DNA of 64,000 nucleotides from Ekhidna sp. (GTDB lineage: Bacteria > Bacteroidota > Bacteroidia > Cytophagales > Cyclobacteriaceae), in assembly GCF_040223195.1 (NCBI RefSeq), contig NZ_JAVKDX010000010.1, positions 73,982-137,981 on the forward strand. Reading direction: 5' to 3'. Below the pieces are notes generated by a model. It was not told where the DNA came from and searched no databases. It was given only the letters and a program-made list of their open reading frames with translations. Below are positions 45,388-54,255 of the stretch, piece by piece; the first letter of the stretch is position 1; the number at the start of each line of letters is the position of its first letter. Position numbers and translations under genes: made by a program.

Positions 45388-45638
45388 CCGACGAGGAATT
45401 TGATATTATAGACGAATTATATTTCGTTACTGCCTACAATGATCTGAAAGAAGCTACCGGGTTTTCTGACGATCAATTAAAGAAGAACTTAATGGAAATG
45501 ACAAAAAAGGGATGGGTGAGGGTGTATAAGTCCGTCGATGAGCAATCGGAGCTGGAGAAGCTGGATTTGGATAAGGACTTCCAATCGTTCTTTTACCTGG
45601 CATCTAAGAAGGGATTATTTGAACACAACACTCAATGA
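45384..45638 (+). CDS. Small acidic hypothetical protein (84 aa)
   Basis: I trimmed this to the ATG at 45384. It overlaps both neighbours through ATGA. The longer listed ORF lies inside the GT2 gene in another frame. Confidence 0.55.
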   Translation: MTDEEFDIIDELYFVTAYNDLKEATGFSDDQLKKNLMEMTKKGWVRVYKSVDEQSELEKLDLDKDFQSFFYLASKKGLFEHNTQ

Positions 45639-46822
45639 AGGAAACTTCACTGGACATAAAGGATTTGCAACTCAATGCGCTGCTGGAAGTGACCCAGGCG
45701 GTAAATAATAATTTGCCTGAGGATGATCTCCTCAAGATCTACAAATTCACACTTCTAGCCGACTTGAAAATCAATAAGTTGGCACTTTACACGCAGCAGC
45801 AGGATCAGTGGATGTGTAGGGTAAATTTTGGCACAACGAATAATCTGATAGGCAGCACCCTGCCGGAGGAGTATAAGGAGCTAAAAAATCAAATGGGCAT
45901 GGTGGAGACTTCCTTTGATGAGTTTGATTCGGTATTCCCCGTGTTTCATAAAAGCAAATTACTGGCAGTAGTTTTTATGGAGTCGGATACTAAACTGGGT
46001 GTTCAAAATCGCTTCTTGAACGCCTTGACCAATATCATCCTGGTGGCCATTGAAAACAAGCGACTGGCCCGTCAGCAGATGGAGCAGGAGGCGTATCGCA
46101 GGGAACTGGAAATAGCCAAGAAGGTTCAGAATTTCTTGTTTCCGAAGGAGTTGCCCAAAATAGAGCGATTGCAAATTGAGGCTTTCTACCTTCCTCACCA
46201 TGATGTAGGCGGAGACTACTACGATTACATCCAGATTAATGAAAATCGCTTCCTTGCATGCATTGCGGATGTTTCGGGAAAAGGGGTACCTGCCGCTTTG
46301 TTAATGTCCAATTTTCAGGCGTCCTTAAGGGCATTGGTTAGACAGACGAAAGACCTTTATGAGATAGTCACGGAGCTCAATCATACCACCTATGTGAGCG
46401 GAAATGCGGAGAATTTCATCACTTTTTTTGCGGGGATTTACGACTTCAAGACCAAAGAGCTGGAGTATATCAATTGTGGTCATAATGAGATAGTCTTAAA
46501 GCATGGAGGTGGCATTGACCTCCTGAATGATGGAACCACGGTGCTTGGTATGTTTGACCCATTGCCCTTCATAGAGACCCAGCGCATTGCCAGTCTGGAG
46601 GATTTTTTCCTCTTTATGTACACGGATGGTTTGACAGAAACTTTTAATGAAAAGGATGAGGCCTTTGAGTTTGATAGGCTCATTGAGTTGCTGAAGGAAG
46701 ATTGCCCGGAGGATTTGTCCGAGCATCACAGCGAAATCCTGCAGCGGTTAAATGACTTCAGGGGAAATGAGCCCTTTCATGATGACATCACCATGCTCAC
46801 CTGTCGGGTTCATAATAAATGA
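45635..46822 (+). CDS. PP2C/SpoIIE-family serine phosphatase with an N-terminal GAF-like sensor region
   Basis: Motifs GGDYYD, ADVSGKGVPAALLM and YTDGLTE are present. Confidence 0.8.
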   Translation: MKETSLDIKDLQLNALLEVTQAVNNNLPEDDLLKIYKFTLLADLKINKLALYTQQQDQWMCRVNFGTTNNLIGSTLPEEYKELKNQMGMVETSFDEFDSVFPVFHKSKLLAVVFMESDTKLGVQNRFLNALTNIILVAIENKRLARQQMEQEAYRRELEIAKKVQNFLFPKELPKIERLQIEAFYLPHHDVGGDYYDYIQINENRFLACIADVSGKGVPAALLMSNFQASLRALVRQTKDLYEIVTELNHTTYVSGNAENFITFFAGIYDFKTKELEYINCGHNEIVLKHGGGIDLLNDGTTVLGMFDPLPFIETQRIASLEDFFLFMYTDGLTETFNEKDEAFEFDRLIELLKEDCPEDLSEHHSEILQRLNDFRGNEPFHDDITMLTCRVHNK

Positions 46823-47436
46823 TGCGGTTCTACAGAACACCCCGATTCATATCTCTCTTATATCCTGAATTAACCTGGCGTATTCGGTCAGAAGATGCGA
46901 TTTACCTGACTTTCGATGATGGGCCGGATGCAGAGGTGACCCCCTGGGTATTAGAGATACTTGGGCAATTTGATGCAAAAGCAACCTTCTTTTGTTTAGG
47001 GAAAAATCTGGAGGCAAATCCTGAAATGGGGAAGCGAATCATGGATGAAGGGCATCAGATCGGGAATCATACCTACAGTCACCTGGAAGGATGGAAAACA
47101 AAGGACCTGCAATATTTGGAGGATGTGAAGCTGGGAGAAGAGGTCATGGCGGAATTAGGGATGAAGTCCAACTTATTCAGGCCTCCTTATGGGAGAATTC
47201 GGAAACGCCAGATCAAAATATTGGATAGGAAAATCATCATGTGGAGCCACCTTTCGTGGGATTTTGATCAAAAACTGAATGTTGAAAAATCGATCCGTCA
47301 GCTTAAAAAAGCCGGTTCGGGGAGCATCCTCGTTTTTCACGATTCTTCCAGAGCTTTCAAGAACCTGAAGAAGATTCTTCCCGAAATCCTTTTGCACTTT
47401 CGAGACAAAGGGTTCAAATTCGAAATAATACCATGA
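46819..47436 (+). CDS. NodB-homology (CE4) polysaccharide deacetylase with no signal peptide
   Basis: Motifs LTFDDGP, GNHTYSH and FRPPYG are present in a 205-aa protein. Confidence 0.85.
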   Translation: MMRFYRTPRFISLLYPELTWRIRSEDAIYLTFDDGPDAEVTPWVLEILGQFDAKATFFCLGKNLEANPEMGKRIMDEGHQIGNHTYSHLEGWKTKDLQYLEDVKLGEEVMAELGMKSNLFRPPYGRIRKRQIKILDRKIIMWSHLSWDFDQKLNVEKSIRQLKKAGSGSILVFHDSSRAFKNLKKILPEILLHFRDKGFKFEIIP

Positions 47437-48203
47437 TTGACACCCACGCCCACATATATCTGGAGCATTTTCAGGAAGACATGGAAGAAGTAATCCAAAG
47501 AGCAATGGATGCCGGGGTTAAAAAAATCCTCCTCCCCAATATTGACAGCACCTCCATTGACTCTATGTTGAAATTGGAGGAAAAGTACCCAGGTGTCTGC
47601 CATGCCATGATGGGGTTGCATCCATGTTCCGTAAAGGAAGACTTTAAAAAGGAACTTAAACTGGTGGAAGAATGGCTGGAAAAGCGACCATTTTTAGCAA
47701 TAGGGGAAATGGGCACAGACTTGTATTGGGACAAAACCTTCTGGGAGCAGCAAAAGGAAGCCTTCCATTTTCAATGCGAACTGGCATTGAAGCATGATCT
47801 GCCAATCGTGATTCATTGCAGGGAGACCATCGATGAGACCATTGAATTGGTAAGAAACTATGAAGGAAGAGGTTTGCGAGGAGTCTTTCATTGCTTTACC
47901 GGTACCGTGGAGCAGGCCAGGCAAATCACAGAACTTAATTTTTATCTTGGCCTGGGAGGTGTGAGTACTTTCAAAAATGGAGGTATGGATCAGGTCATCC
48001 CTCACCTGGACCGATCCAGGATAATTCTCGAAACGGACAGTCCGTATCTGACGCCTGCACCACACCGGGGAAAGCGAAATGAGCCTGCATACGTGTCTCT
48101 GGTAGCAGACAAGGTGGCTGAATATCTCGCCATCACAAAAGAAGCGCTGGATGAATTGACCACAGCTAATGCAAATGCGCTATTTTTCCCGACTCAAAAG
48201 TAA
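47433..48203 (+). CDS. TatD-family metal-dependent hydrolase
   Basis: Motifs MIDTHAHI, IGEMGTDLYW, VIHCRE and ETDSPYL are present. Confidence 0.9.
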   Translation: MIDTHAHIYLEHFQEDMEEVIQRAMDAGVKKILLPNIDSTSIDSMLKLEEKYPGVCHAMMGLHPCSVKEDFKKELKLVEEWLEKRPFLAIGEMGTDLYWDKTFWEQQKEAFHFQCELALKHDLPIVIHCRETIDETIELVRNYEGRGLRGVFHCFTGTVEQARQITELNFYLGLGGVSTFKNGGMDQVIPHLDRSRIILETDSPYLTPAPHRGKRNEPAYVSLVADKVAEYLAITKEALDELTTANANALFFPTQK

Positions 48204-48209
48204 CAGGCA

Positions 48210-49274
48210 TTGAAATACAAGATTGTAAACATCAATGAGACGGGGGATCGGTCGGTGCTGATCATCTACACCGGCGGCACGTTCGGGATGGTTCAGGATG
48301 CTACCGGAGCGCTCGCTCCGTTCAATTTTGGAAAAGTGGTGGACAGGGTGCCGGAGTTGCGCCAGTTAGGAATTAAACTCACCGTCATTTCCTTTCCCAA
48401 ACCCATCGATTCCTCCAATATCCTCGTGCAAGACTGGAAGGACATGGCCTACATCATTGAGGAAAATTATGCTCAATACGATGCTTTTGTGATCTTGCAC
48501 GGAACCGACACCATGGCCTATTCATCTTCCATGCTGAGCTATATGCTGGATGGCCTCAACAAACCGGTAATTTTCACAGGAGCACAAATGCCCATCGGAT
48601 CCATTCGGTCGGATGCCAGGGAGAATTTGATCACGGCGCTGGAGATCGCAGCTGCCCACAATGAAGGCAGACCAATCATAAGTGAAGTCTGTGTGTATTT
48701 CAATCATCTGCTCCTCAGGGGGTCACGAGCGCAGAAATTGCGGAGCAGCACTTTTGCCGCTTTCGAGTCAGAAAACTATCCGGTGCTGGCAGAGGCGGGA
48801 ATTGAAATCGAATACAACTATGCGGCTCTGAAACCCTTTAATCCTGACGCGAATCTGGTGGTTAGGAATCAACTTGATCCGCATGTCACCATCCTTAAAA
48901 TATTCCCTGGCATCACAGAGGCGGCTGTCCGGGCCACTATTCTGGAACCCAGCGTGAAAGGAATTGTCTTGGAGTCATTTGGCTCAGGAAACATCATGAA
49001 GTTTGACTGGTTTATCAATTGCCTGAAAGATGCGATAGCGGCAGGCAAAATCATCCTGAATGTGAGCCAATGTGTAGGTGGGCAAGTAGAGCAGGGCAAA
49101 TATGAAACAAGTAAAAACCTGACTAGGATAGGGGTTTTGAGTGGCGGGGACATTACTACGGAGGCTGCAATCACCAAACTGATGTTTTTGCTGGGAGAAG
49201 AAAAAGATGAAAATTTGAGAAAACAACGACTAACCCATTCATTAGCTGGTGAGATGGATCATGAGCTTGACTGA
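48210..49274 (+). CDS. ansA: Type I L-asparaginase
   Basis: Motifs IIYTGGTFGM and ILHGTDTMAYS are present. The start is TTG. Confidence 0.85.
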   Translation: MKYKIVNINETGDRSVLIIYTGGTFGMVQDATGALAPFNFGKVVDRVPELRQLGIKLTVISFPKPIDSSNILVQDWKDMAYIIEENYAQYDAFVILHGTDTMAYSSSMLSYMLDGLNKPVIFTGAQMPIGSIRSDARENLITALEIAAAHNEGRPIISEVCVYFNHLLLRGSRAQKLRSSTFAAFESENYPVLAEAGIEIEYNYAALKPFNPDANLVVRNQLDPHVTILKIFPGITEAAVRATILEPSVKGIVLESFGSGNIMKFDWFINCLKDAIAAGKIILNVSQCVGGQVEQGKYETSKNLTRIGVLSGGDITTEAAITKLMFLLGEEKDENLRKQRLTHSLAGEMDHELD

Positions 49275-49288
49275 TTGCTCCGAAATAG

Positions 49289-49327
49289 CCTTTATGTTTA
49301 AGATAAAACTTGCATAAAGGTATTTTT
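49289..49327 (+). terminator. Intrinsic terminator after ansA
   Basis: CCTTTATG and CATAAAGG form a perfect 8-bp stem around a 16-nt loop, followed by TATTTTT. Confidence 0.5.
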
Positions 49328-49366
49328 CGTGATTTATTTGTAGCCCGTCAAAAAGTGACGACCTAC

Positions 49367-49454
49367 AGAGAGGTGGCCGAGTGGTCGAAGGCGCACGCCT
49401 GGAAAGTGTGTATACCCCAAAAGGGTATCGAGGGTTCGAATCCCTTCCTCTCTG
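49367..49454 (+). tRNA. tRNA-Ser (anticodon GGA)
   Basis: I folded it by hand. The acceptor stem is AGAGAGG/CCTCTCT with discriminator G. The D stem is 3 bp (GCC/GGC). The anticodon stem CACGC/GTGTG carries the loop CTGGAAA. A long variable arm TATACCCCAAAAGGGTATC is present. The T arm is GAGGG-TTCGAAT-CCCTT. Confidence 0.9.
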
Positions 49455-49594
49455 CGATTTTTGCAGAGCCAGGCCTGCAGAGTTCGACATTTTTGATGAA
49501 TGGTGCGAATTTTGTGGGAATGAACATGCAAATTTGGATTTACTAAAACTTAAATATTTAACTAAACCGAAGACTTAACTTACAAGACTGAATT

Positions 49595-50425
49595 ATGAAA
49601 AAGTTATTGACTCTCTTAATGTTGGCAGGTGTATTCACCTTCAGTGCTTCAGCACAAGGTTTTTCTGACTCTGAAGCAGATTCCACTGAAGTAGCTGCTG
49701 CTGACTCAGCTCAGGCAGAAGAGGCCTACGAAGAGCCTGTAGAAGAAATTGCAGAGATCGTTGCTCCTGTAGAAGAAGAAGCACCATCCAAAGGATTTCA
49801 CCAAGTAGTAAAAGAACAATTCATCGATGGAGGACCAACTTTCATGGGTATCGTTCTTGCATGTTTGATCCTTGGTTTGGCTATCGCAATAGAAAGAATT
49901 ATTCACCTTAATATGGCTTCTACCAACACGAAGAAGCTTCTTGCTGACGTGGAAGATGCACTAAGTGCAGGTGGTCCTGATGCAGCTAAAGAAGTTTGCA
50001 GAAACACAAGAGGTCCTGTGGCTTCTATTTTCGTGCAGGGATTGATGAGAATGTCTGAAGGTATTGAAATGGTTGAGAAATCAATTATCGCATACGGATC
50101 AGTAGAGATGGGCAAGCTGGAAAGAGGAATGATCTGGATCTCACTTTTCATCTCTCTTGCACCGATGCTTGGTTTCATGGGTACGGTAATTGGTATGATC
50201 GAAGCTTTCGATGCGATTGCAGAAGCTGGTGACGTATCTCCGGCACTTGTGGCTAGTGGTATTAAAGTAGCACTTTTGACTACTGTAGGTGGTTTGATCG
50301 TGGCTGTTATTCTTCAGCTTTTCTACAACTACCTGGTGTCAAAAGTTGACTCAATCGTGAACAGCATGGAAGATGCATCTATCTCTTTGGTAGACCTTCT
50401 TGTGAAGCACAATCTTTCTAAGTAA
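49595..50425 (+). CDS. MotA/TolQ/ExbB-family proton channel protein
   Basis: A signal sequence and an acidic linker are followed by 3 TM segments with GFMGTVIGMIEAF. Confidence 0.85.
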   Translation: MKKLLTLLMLAGVFTFSASAQGFSDSEADSTEVAAADSAQAEEAYEEPVEEIAEIVAPVEEEAPSKGFHQVVKEQFIDGGPTFMGIVLACLILGLAIAIERIIHLNMASTNTKKLLADVEDALSAGGPDAAKEVCRNTRGPVASIFVQGLMRMSEGIEMVEKSIIAYGSVEMGKLERGMIWISLFISLAPMLGFMGTVIGMIEAFDAIAEAGDVSPALVASGIKVALLTTVGGLIVAVILQLFYNYLVSKVDSIVNSMEDASISLVDLLVKHNLSK

Positions 50426-50446
50426 TCATCTAAAATAGAGTAGACT

Positions 50447-50749
50447 ATGGTAGATGTAGGATTATTTATATCGTATATACTCATTGGCGTATGTGTTCTC
50501 ACAGCAGTGGGAATGCCGTTAGTGAAGGCGTTTGGCGACCCGGATTCTTTAAAGAAAATGGGGATCGGAGTGGGAGCACTTGTTGTGGTTTTTCTTGTAT
50601 CGTATCTTACTGCGAGTGGAGAAGCCATGGGTGATGCTTCTGTGAGTGCAACGAAAATGGTAGGTGCAGGATTGACCACTTTTTATATTTTGGCGATTGC
50701 AGCTATTGGAGGAATTGTTTATACAGAAATTAAAAAAGCAGCTGAATAA
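50447..50749 (+). CDS. Small membrane protein between the ExbB-like and ExbD-like genes
   Basis: The 100-aa ORF has 3 hydrophobic segments and lies in operon context. Confidence 0.55.
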   Translation: MVDVGLFISYILIGVCVLTAVGMPLVKAFGDPDSLKKMGIGVGALVVVFLVSYLTASGEAMGDASVSATKMVGAGLTTFYILAIAAIGGIVYTEIKKAAE

Positions 50750-51369
50750 TGGCGAGGAATAAAGATAGAGGCACTCCGGAAGTGAGTTCAGGCTCTATGG
50801 CAGACATTGCCTTCCTTTTGCTCATTTTCTTCCTGGTTACAACCACGATTGCGAATGACAAAGGAATTTTGATGCAGCTACCTCCTCCACCAGAACCAGA
50901 TCAGCCTGAAATTGAATTTCAGGAGCGAAATATCTTTAAGATATTGGCAAATTCGAATGATCAACTTTTGGTTGAGAATGAGCCTTATAACAAGCCCATG
51001 TCGGAGTTGAAAGAGGAAGTGAAAGCTTTCGTCTTAAACTTTGGGAATCCTGATCAGGAAGGTATTGATACATACAACAGCCTCCCTTCTCAGATGAAAG
51101 CCCGAGCTGGACAAAGCCCGAGTTCTTCAGATCACCCAGGCAAGGCGGTTGTTTCATTTAAAGCAAACAGAGGTACCAGCTACGAACTTTATATAGATGT
51201 ATTGGATGCGGTGCAAGCGGCATACAATGAAATTTATGGCGAGCGAGTGGGTATTACCGCTGATGAATTTCTACAGCTTGATCAAAGCAAGGATGTAGAG
51301 AAGCGAATGTATCAGCAGGCGAGACAGGGGATTCCTAAGGCAATCTCAATTGCAGAACCAGATAAATAA
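50749..51369 (+). CDS. ExbD/TolR-family protein
   Basis: The N-terminal TM signature is ADIAFLLLIFFLVTT. Confidence 0.8.
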   Translation: MARNKDRGTPEVSSGSMADIAFLLLIFFLVTTTIANDKGILMQLPPPPEPDQPEIEFQERNIFKILANSNDQLLVENEPYNKPMSELKEEVKAFVLNFGNPDQEGIDTYNSLPSQMKARAGQSPSSSDHPGKAVVSFKANRGTSYELYIDVLDAVQAAYNEIYGERVGITADEFLQLDQSKDVEKRMYQQARQGIPKAISIAEPDK

Positions 51370-51377
51370 GAGATACT

Positions 51378-51839
51378 ATGTCGAAGTTTAAGAAAAATTC
51401 TAAAGCATCACAGGATATACCTACGGCAGCATTGCCAGATATTATCTTCATGCTGCTATTCTTCTTCATGGTAACTACTGTGATGAGAGAGCAGGAGATA
51501 CTTGTAAAGCAGGTATTACCTCAGGCGCAGCAGCTTTCTAAGATTCAGAAGAAATCGTTGGTGAGCCACATTTACATTGGTGAGCCTAAGAATATTGGAA
51601 CTTATGGTGAAGAACCAAGGATTCAAACAAACGATGTATTCATGGAGCCGGAAGAATTAACTCTTTTTGTAAATCAGGAAAAGGATAAGCTTTCTGAAGC
51701 AGAGAGAGATCGCATCACCATGGCACTGAATATTGACTCTGAAGTAAAAATGGGGATTGTCTCCGATGTGGAGCAGACACTAAGAAAGTCTAATGCGCGA
51801 AAAATCCTTTATAAGTCACTTAAAGGTCTTGATAAATAA
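51378..51839 (+). CDS. ExbD/TolR-family protein (second copy)
   Basis: The signature LPDIIFMLLFFFMVTT is present. Confidence 0.8.
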   Translation: MSKFKKNSKASQDIPTAALPDIIFMLLFFFMVTTVMREQEILVKQVLPQAQQLSKIQKKSLVSHIYIGEPKNIGTYGEEPRIQTNDVFMEPEELTLFVNQEKDKLSEAERDRITMALNIDSEVKMGIVSDVEQTLRKSNARKILYKSLKGLDK

Positions 51840-51862
51840 ATAACTTTTTCTACAGATAAGTA

Positions 51863-51890
51863 AAGAACCTGATCATTTGATCAGGTTCTT
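51863..51890. terminator. Bidirectional hairpin terminator between convergent genes
   Basis: A 12-bp stem AAGAACCTGATC / GATCAGGTTCTT is followed by TTTTG on the plus strand. Confidence 0.65.
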
Positions 51891-51897
51891 TTTTGTT

Positions 51898-52245
51898 TCA
51901 GTCTTTGAGCTGCTTTTTCTTCTCTTTCAACCATTTCTCGTACTCTTTTCTGGCTTCATCAAGTGCATTTTCCAGTTCTTTGCTCGTTGCTTTCCGGAGT
52001 TTGTCTGCTTCCTTGATTACTTTCTCTCTTTGGCGTTCAAGGTTTTTCAGGGACGTTTCAATTTCCCTTTTCGCATCATCAGCGGCCTCTTTGGAGTCTT
52101 CCTTGAGTTGCTGTATTTCTTCTTCAAGCTCACGCTTTTGCTCTTCAAACTTTTCGAGGGTCTCATCCCGTTCAGATTCTTCTTCACTTCCCGGGTTGCA
52201 TCCAAAGGCAAGTACGGTGATCAGGAAAAGGGCTAAATACTTCAT
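51898..52245 (-). CDS. Glu/Lys-rich coiled-coil lipoprotein
   Basis: The signal and lipobox read MKYLALFLITVLAFGC. The remainder is low-complexity and rich in E, K and L. Confidence 0.6.
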   Translation of the reverse strand: MKYLALFLITVLAFGCNPGSEEESERDETLEKFEEQKRELEEEIQQLKEDSKEAADDAKREIETSLKNLERQREKVIKEADKLRKATSKELENALDEARKEYEKWLKEKKKQLKD

Positions 52246-52755
52246 TTATGCACTTACTTTTTTAGGGTTTAAATAAGGAGCCCAATCCTCCCTGTAGATG
52301 CTTTTATTCATTCGCAGGAAGGTAAGATAGGAAGGTTTTACAGGCTGCTTTAGCAACTTCATTCCCACTTTTTCCAGGGCATAATCACTTTTTCTGGAGT
52401 TACAATTCTTGCATGCAGTCACCAAATTGGTCCACGTGGATTTTCCTCCCTTGGATCGCGGGATCACATGATCAATGGTCAGGTCTTTGTTGGTACCACA
52501 GTATTGACACTTTCCACCGTCTCTTTTAAAAATATTATGACGGCTCATCACCACCCCTTTGTAAGGTATGCTGACATAATACTTTACTTTGATCACAGAT
52601 GGGAATGGAAAGGTCTGACTGATTGATCGAAGCTTCTTGTTTTTCATTTCAGTAACAAGGTCAGCCTTTTTCAGGAAGACAAGCATAAACGCACGCTGCA
52701 CGGAACAAACGGTGAGCGGAGTGTAATCCTGATTAAGTACCAGCACGGCGTTCAT
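52246..52755 (-). CDS. HNH endonuclease
   Basis: The motif CQYCGTNKDLTIDHVIPRSKGGKSTWTNLVTACKNCNSRK is present. Confidence 0.8.
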   Translation of the reverse strand: MNAVLVLNQDYTPLTVCSVQRAFMLVFLKKADLVTEMKNKKLRSISQTFPFPSVIKVKYYVSIPYKGVVMSRHNIFKRDGGKCQYCGTNKDLTIDHVIPRSKGGKSTWTNLVTACKNCNSRKSDYALEKVGMKLLKQPVKPSYLTFLRMNKSIYREDWAPYLNPKKVSA

Positions 52756-53219
52756 AGCTTCATTCGATCCAGTTCACGTTTTTGATCCTTTTTCTTAATG
52801 CTGTCTCGCTTGTCGTAGATTTTCTTCCCTTTCGCCAAAGCAATTTCCAGCTTGGCAAGCCCCCGGCTGTTTATGTAAATCCGGACGGGAATGATTGTTA
52901 ACCCTTTTTCTTCCATTTTGGATTTGAATTTTTCCAGCTCCCGCTTTTTCAAAAGAAGTTTTCTATCACGGGTCATGTCATGACTTTCAAAGCTTGCCTG
53001 GGAGTAAGGGGAGATGTTCATACCTTTAATGAAGAGTTCATCTTTTTTAAAAAAACAATAAGCCTCCTGTATACTCGCCTTCCCTTCACGCAAGGATTTT
53101 ATCTCTGTGCCCTTCAGCATAATGCCTGCTTCCACCTTTTCCACAAATTCATACTCATAGCTCGCTTTGCGATTCTTGATTTGAATATTGTTGGAAAATC
53201 TGCTCTTATCCTTACTCAT
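52752..53219 (-). CDS. smpB: SsrA-binding protein
   Basis: NRKASYEYEF...GTEIKSLREGK is present, followed by a basic C-terminal tail. Confidence 0.9.
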   Translation of the reverse strand: MSKDKSRFSNNIQIKNRKASYEYEFVEKVEAGIMLKGTEIKSLREGKASIQEAYCFFKKDELFIKGMNISPYSQASFESHDMTRDRKLLLKKRELEKFKSKMEEKGLTIIPVRIYINSRGLAKLEIALAKGKKIYDKRDSIKKKDQKRELDRMKL

Positions 53220-53245
53220 GGGTTAAATATATAAATATCAGCTTG

Positions 53246-54247
53246 TTAAAAGGGCATTCGTGGCAGGGGACTGTCAGTAATTGAGCCGAAAGCCCCATGC
53301 TCATACAGCAGATGTCCACTGATTGCGATCATGCCCGCATTGTCGGTGCAATATTGGAAGTCAGGGATAAATACATTCCAGCCCCGTTTATTTGCTTCTT
53401 GTTCCAGCCTCTGTCGCAAACCGCTATTGGCAGATACGCCACCGGCAATGGCCATCTGATGGATTCCTTCTTGTTCTGAAGCTTTTATGAGTTTAGTCAT
53501 GAGCATTGAAATAAGTGTGTGCTGTATGCTTGCGGCCAGGTTGTGGATATTTTTATGGATAAAATCCTTGTCTTGCTGCACCTCTTTCCTGAGGAAATAG
53601 AGAATAGAAGTTTTGATGCCGCTAAACGAGTAGTCCAGGTAAGGCATCTCCGATTCGGCGAATTGAAAAGCACCAGGATCGCCATCTCTTGCCAGCTGGT
53701 CAATCATTGGTCCGCCAGGATAGGGAAGCCCCAGCAACTTGGCGGCTTTATCAAAAGCCTCTCCTACAGCATCATCCTGAGTCTGTCCGAGGATGACCAT
53801 ATCTGTAGCGCCATTCACCCGTAAAATTTGGGTATGACCACCGCTCACTGTCAGGCAAAGAAACGGATAGTCGGGTTTTGGATCGTCGATAAAGTGTGCA
53901 AGCACGTGGGCCTTCATGTGGTGGACAGGGATCAGGGGGATATCCAATGAGGCAGCCATGGATTTTGCAAAGCTCGAACCAATCAGCAGGGCACCAAGCA
54001 GCCCGGGTCCCCGAGTATAGGCAATCCCATCCAGGTCTTTTGCGTTTATACTAGCGTGAGTGAGCACATGATCTACAACTGGCACGATATTTCTCTGATG
54101 TTCCCGTGAGGCAAGTTCGGGCACTACACCGCCGTACTGCTCATGGATAGCTTGGCTGGCAATTTCATTATTGATTACTTTGCCGTTTATACAGATTGAT
54201 GCTGAAGTTTCGTCACAAGAAGACTCGATACCAAGAATAACCGCCAC
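53246..54247 (-). CDS. tsaD: tRNA N6-adenosine threonylcarbamoyltransferase
   Basis: Motifs ILGIESSCDETS and AIAGGVSAN are present. The start is GTG. Confidence 0.9.
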   Translation of the reverse strand: MAVILGIESSCDETSASICINGKVINNEIASQAIHEQYGGVVPELASREHQRNIVPVVDHVLTHASINAKDLDGIAYTRGPGLLGALLIGSSFAKSMAASLDIPLIPVHHMKAHVLAHFIDDPKPDYPFLCLTVSGGHTQILRVNGATDMVILGQTQDDAVGEAFDKAAKLLGLPYPGGPMIDQLARDGDPGAFQFAESEMPYLDYSFSGIKTSILYFLRKEVQQDKDFIHKNIHNLAASIQHTLISMLMTKLIKASEQEGIHQMAIAGGVSANSGLRQRLEQEANKRGWNVFIPDFQYCTDNAGMIAISGHLLYEHGAFGSITDSPLPRMPF

Positions 54248-54255
54248 CGCTTTTT

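Noticed and set aside
49242-49578. ORFs 49242..49490, 49310..49546, 49334..49531 and 49381..49578 overlap the tRNA region. I also considered whether tRNA-Ser marks a genomic-island junction.
   Set aside because: These ORFs run through a canonical tRNA-Ser and are spurious. I saw no integrase, no direct repeat of the tRNA 3' end and no foreign-looking genes downstream, where the ExbB/ExbD operon follows.
51877-52276. Two long plus-strand ORFs (51877..52236 and 51893..52276) lie opposite the Glu/Lys-rich lipoprotein gene.
   Set aside because: They are artefacts of the GAA/AAG-rich low-complexity sequence, whose complement lacks stops. Only the minus-strand frame has a signal peptide and lipobox.
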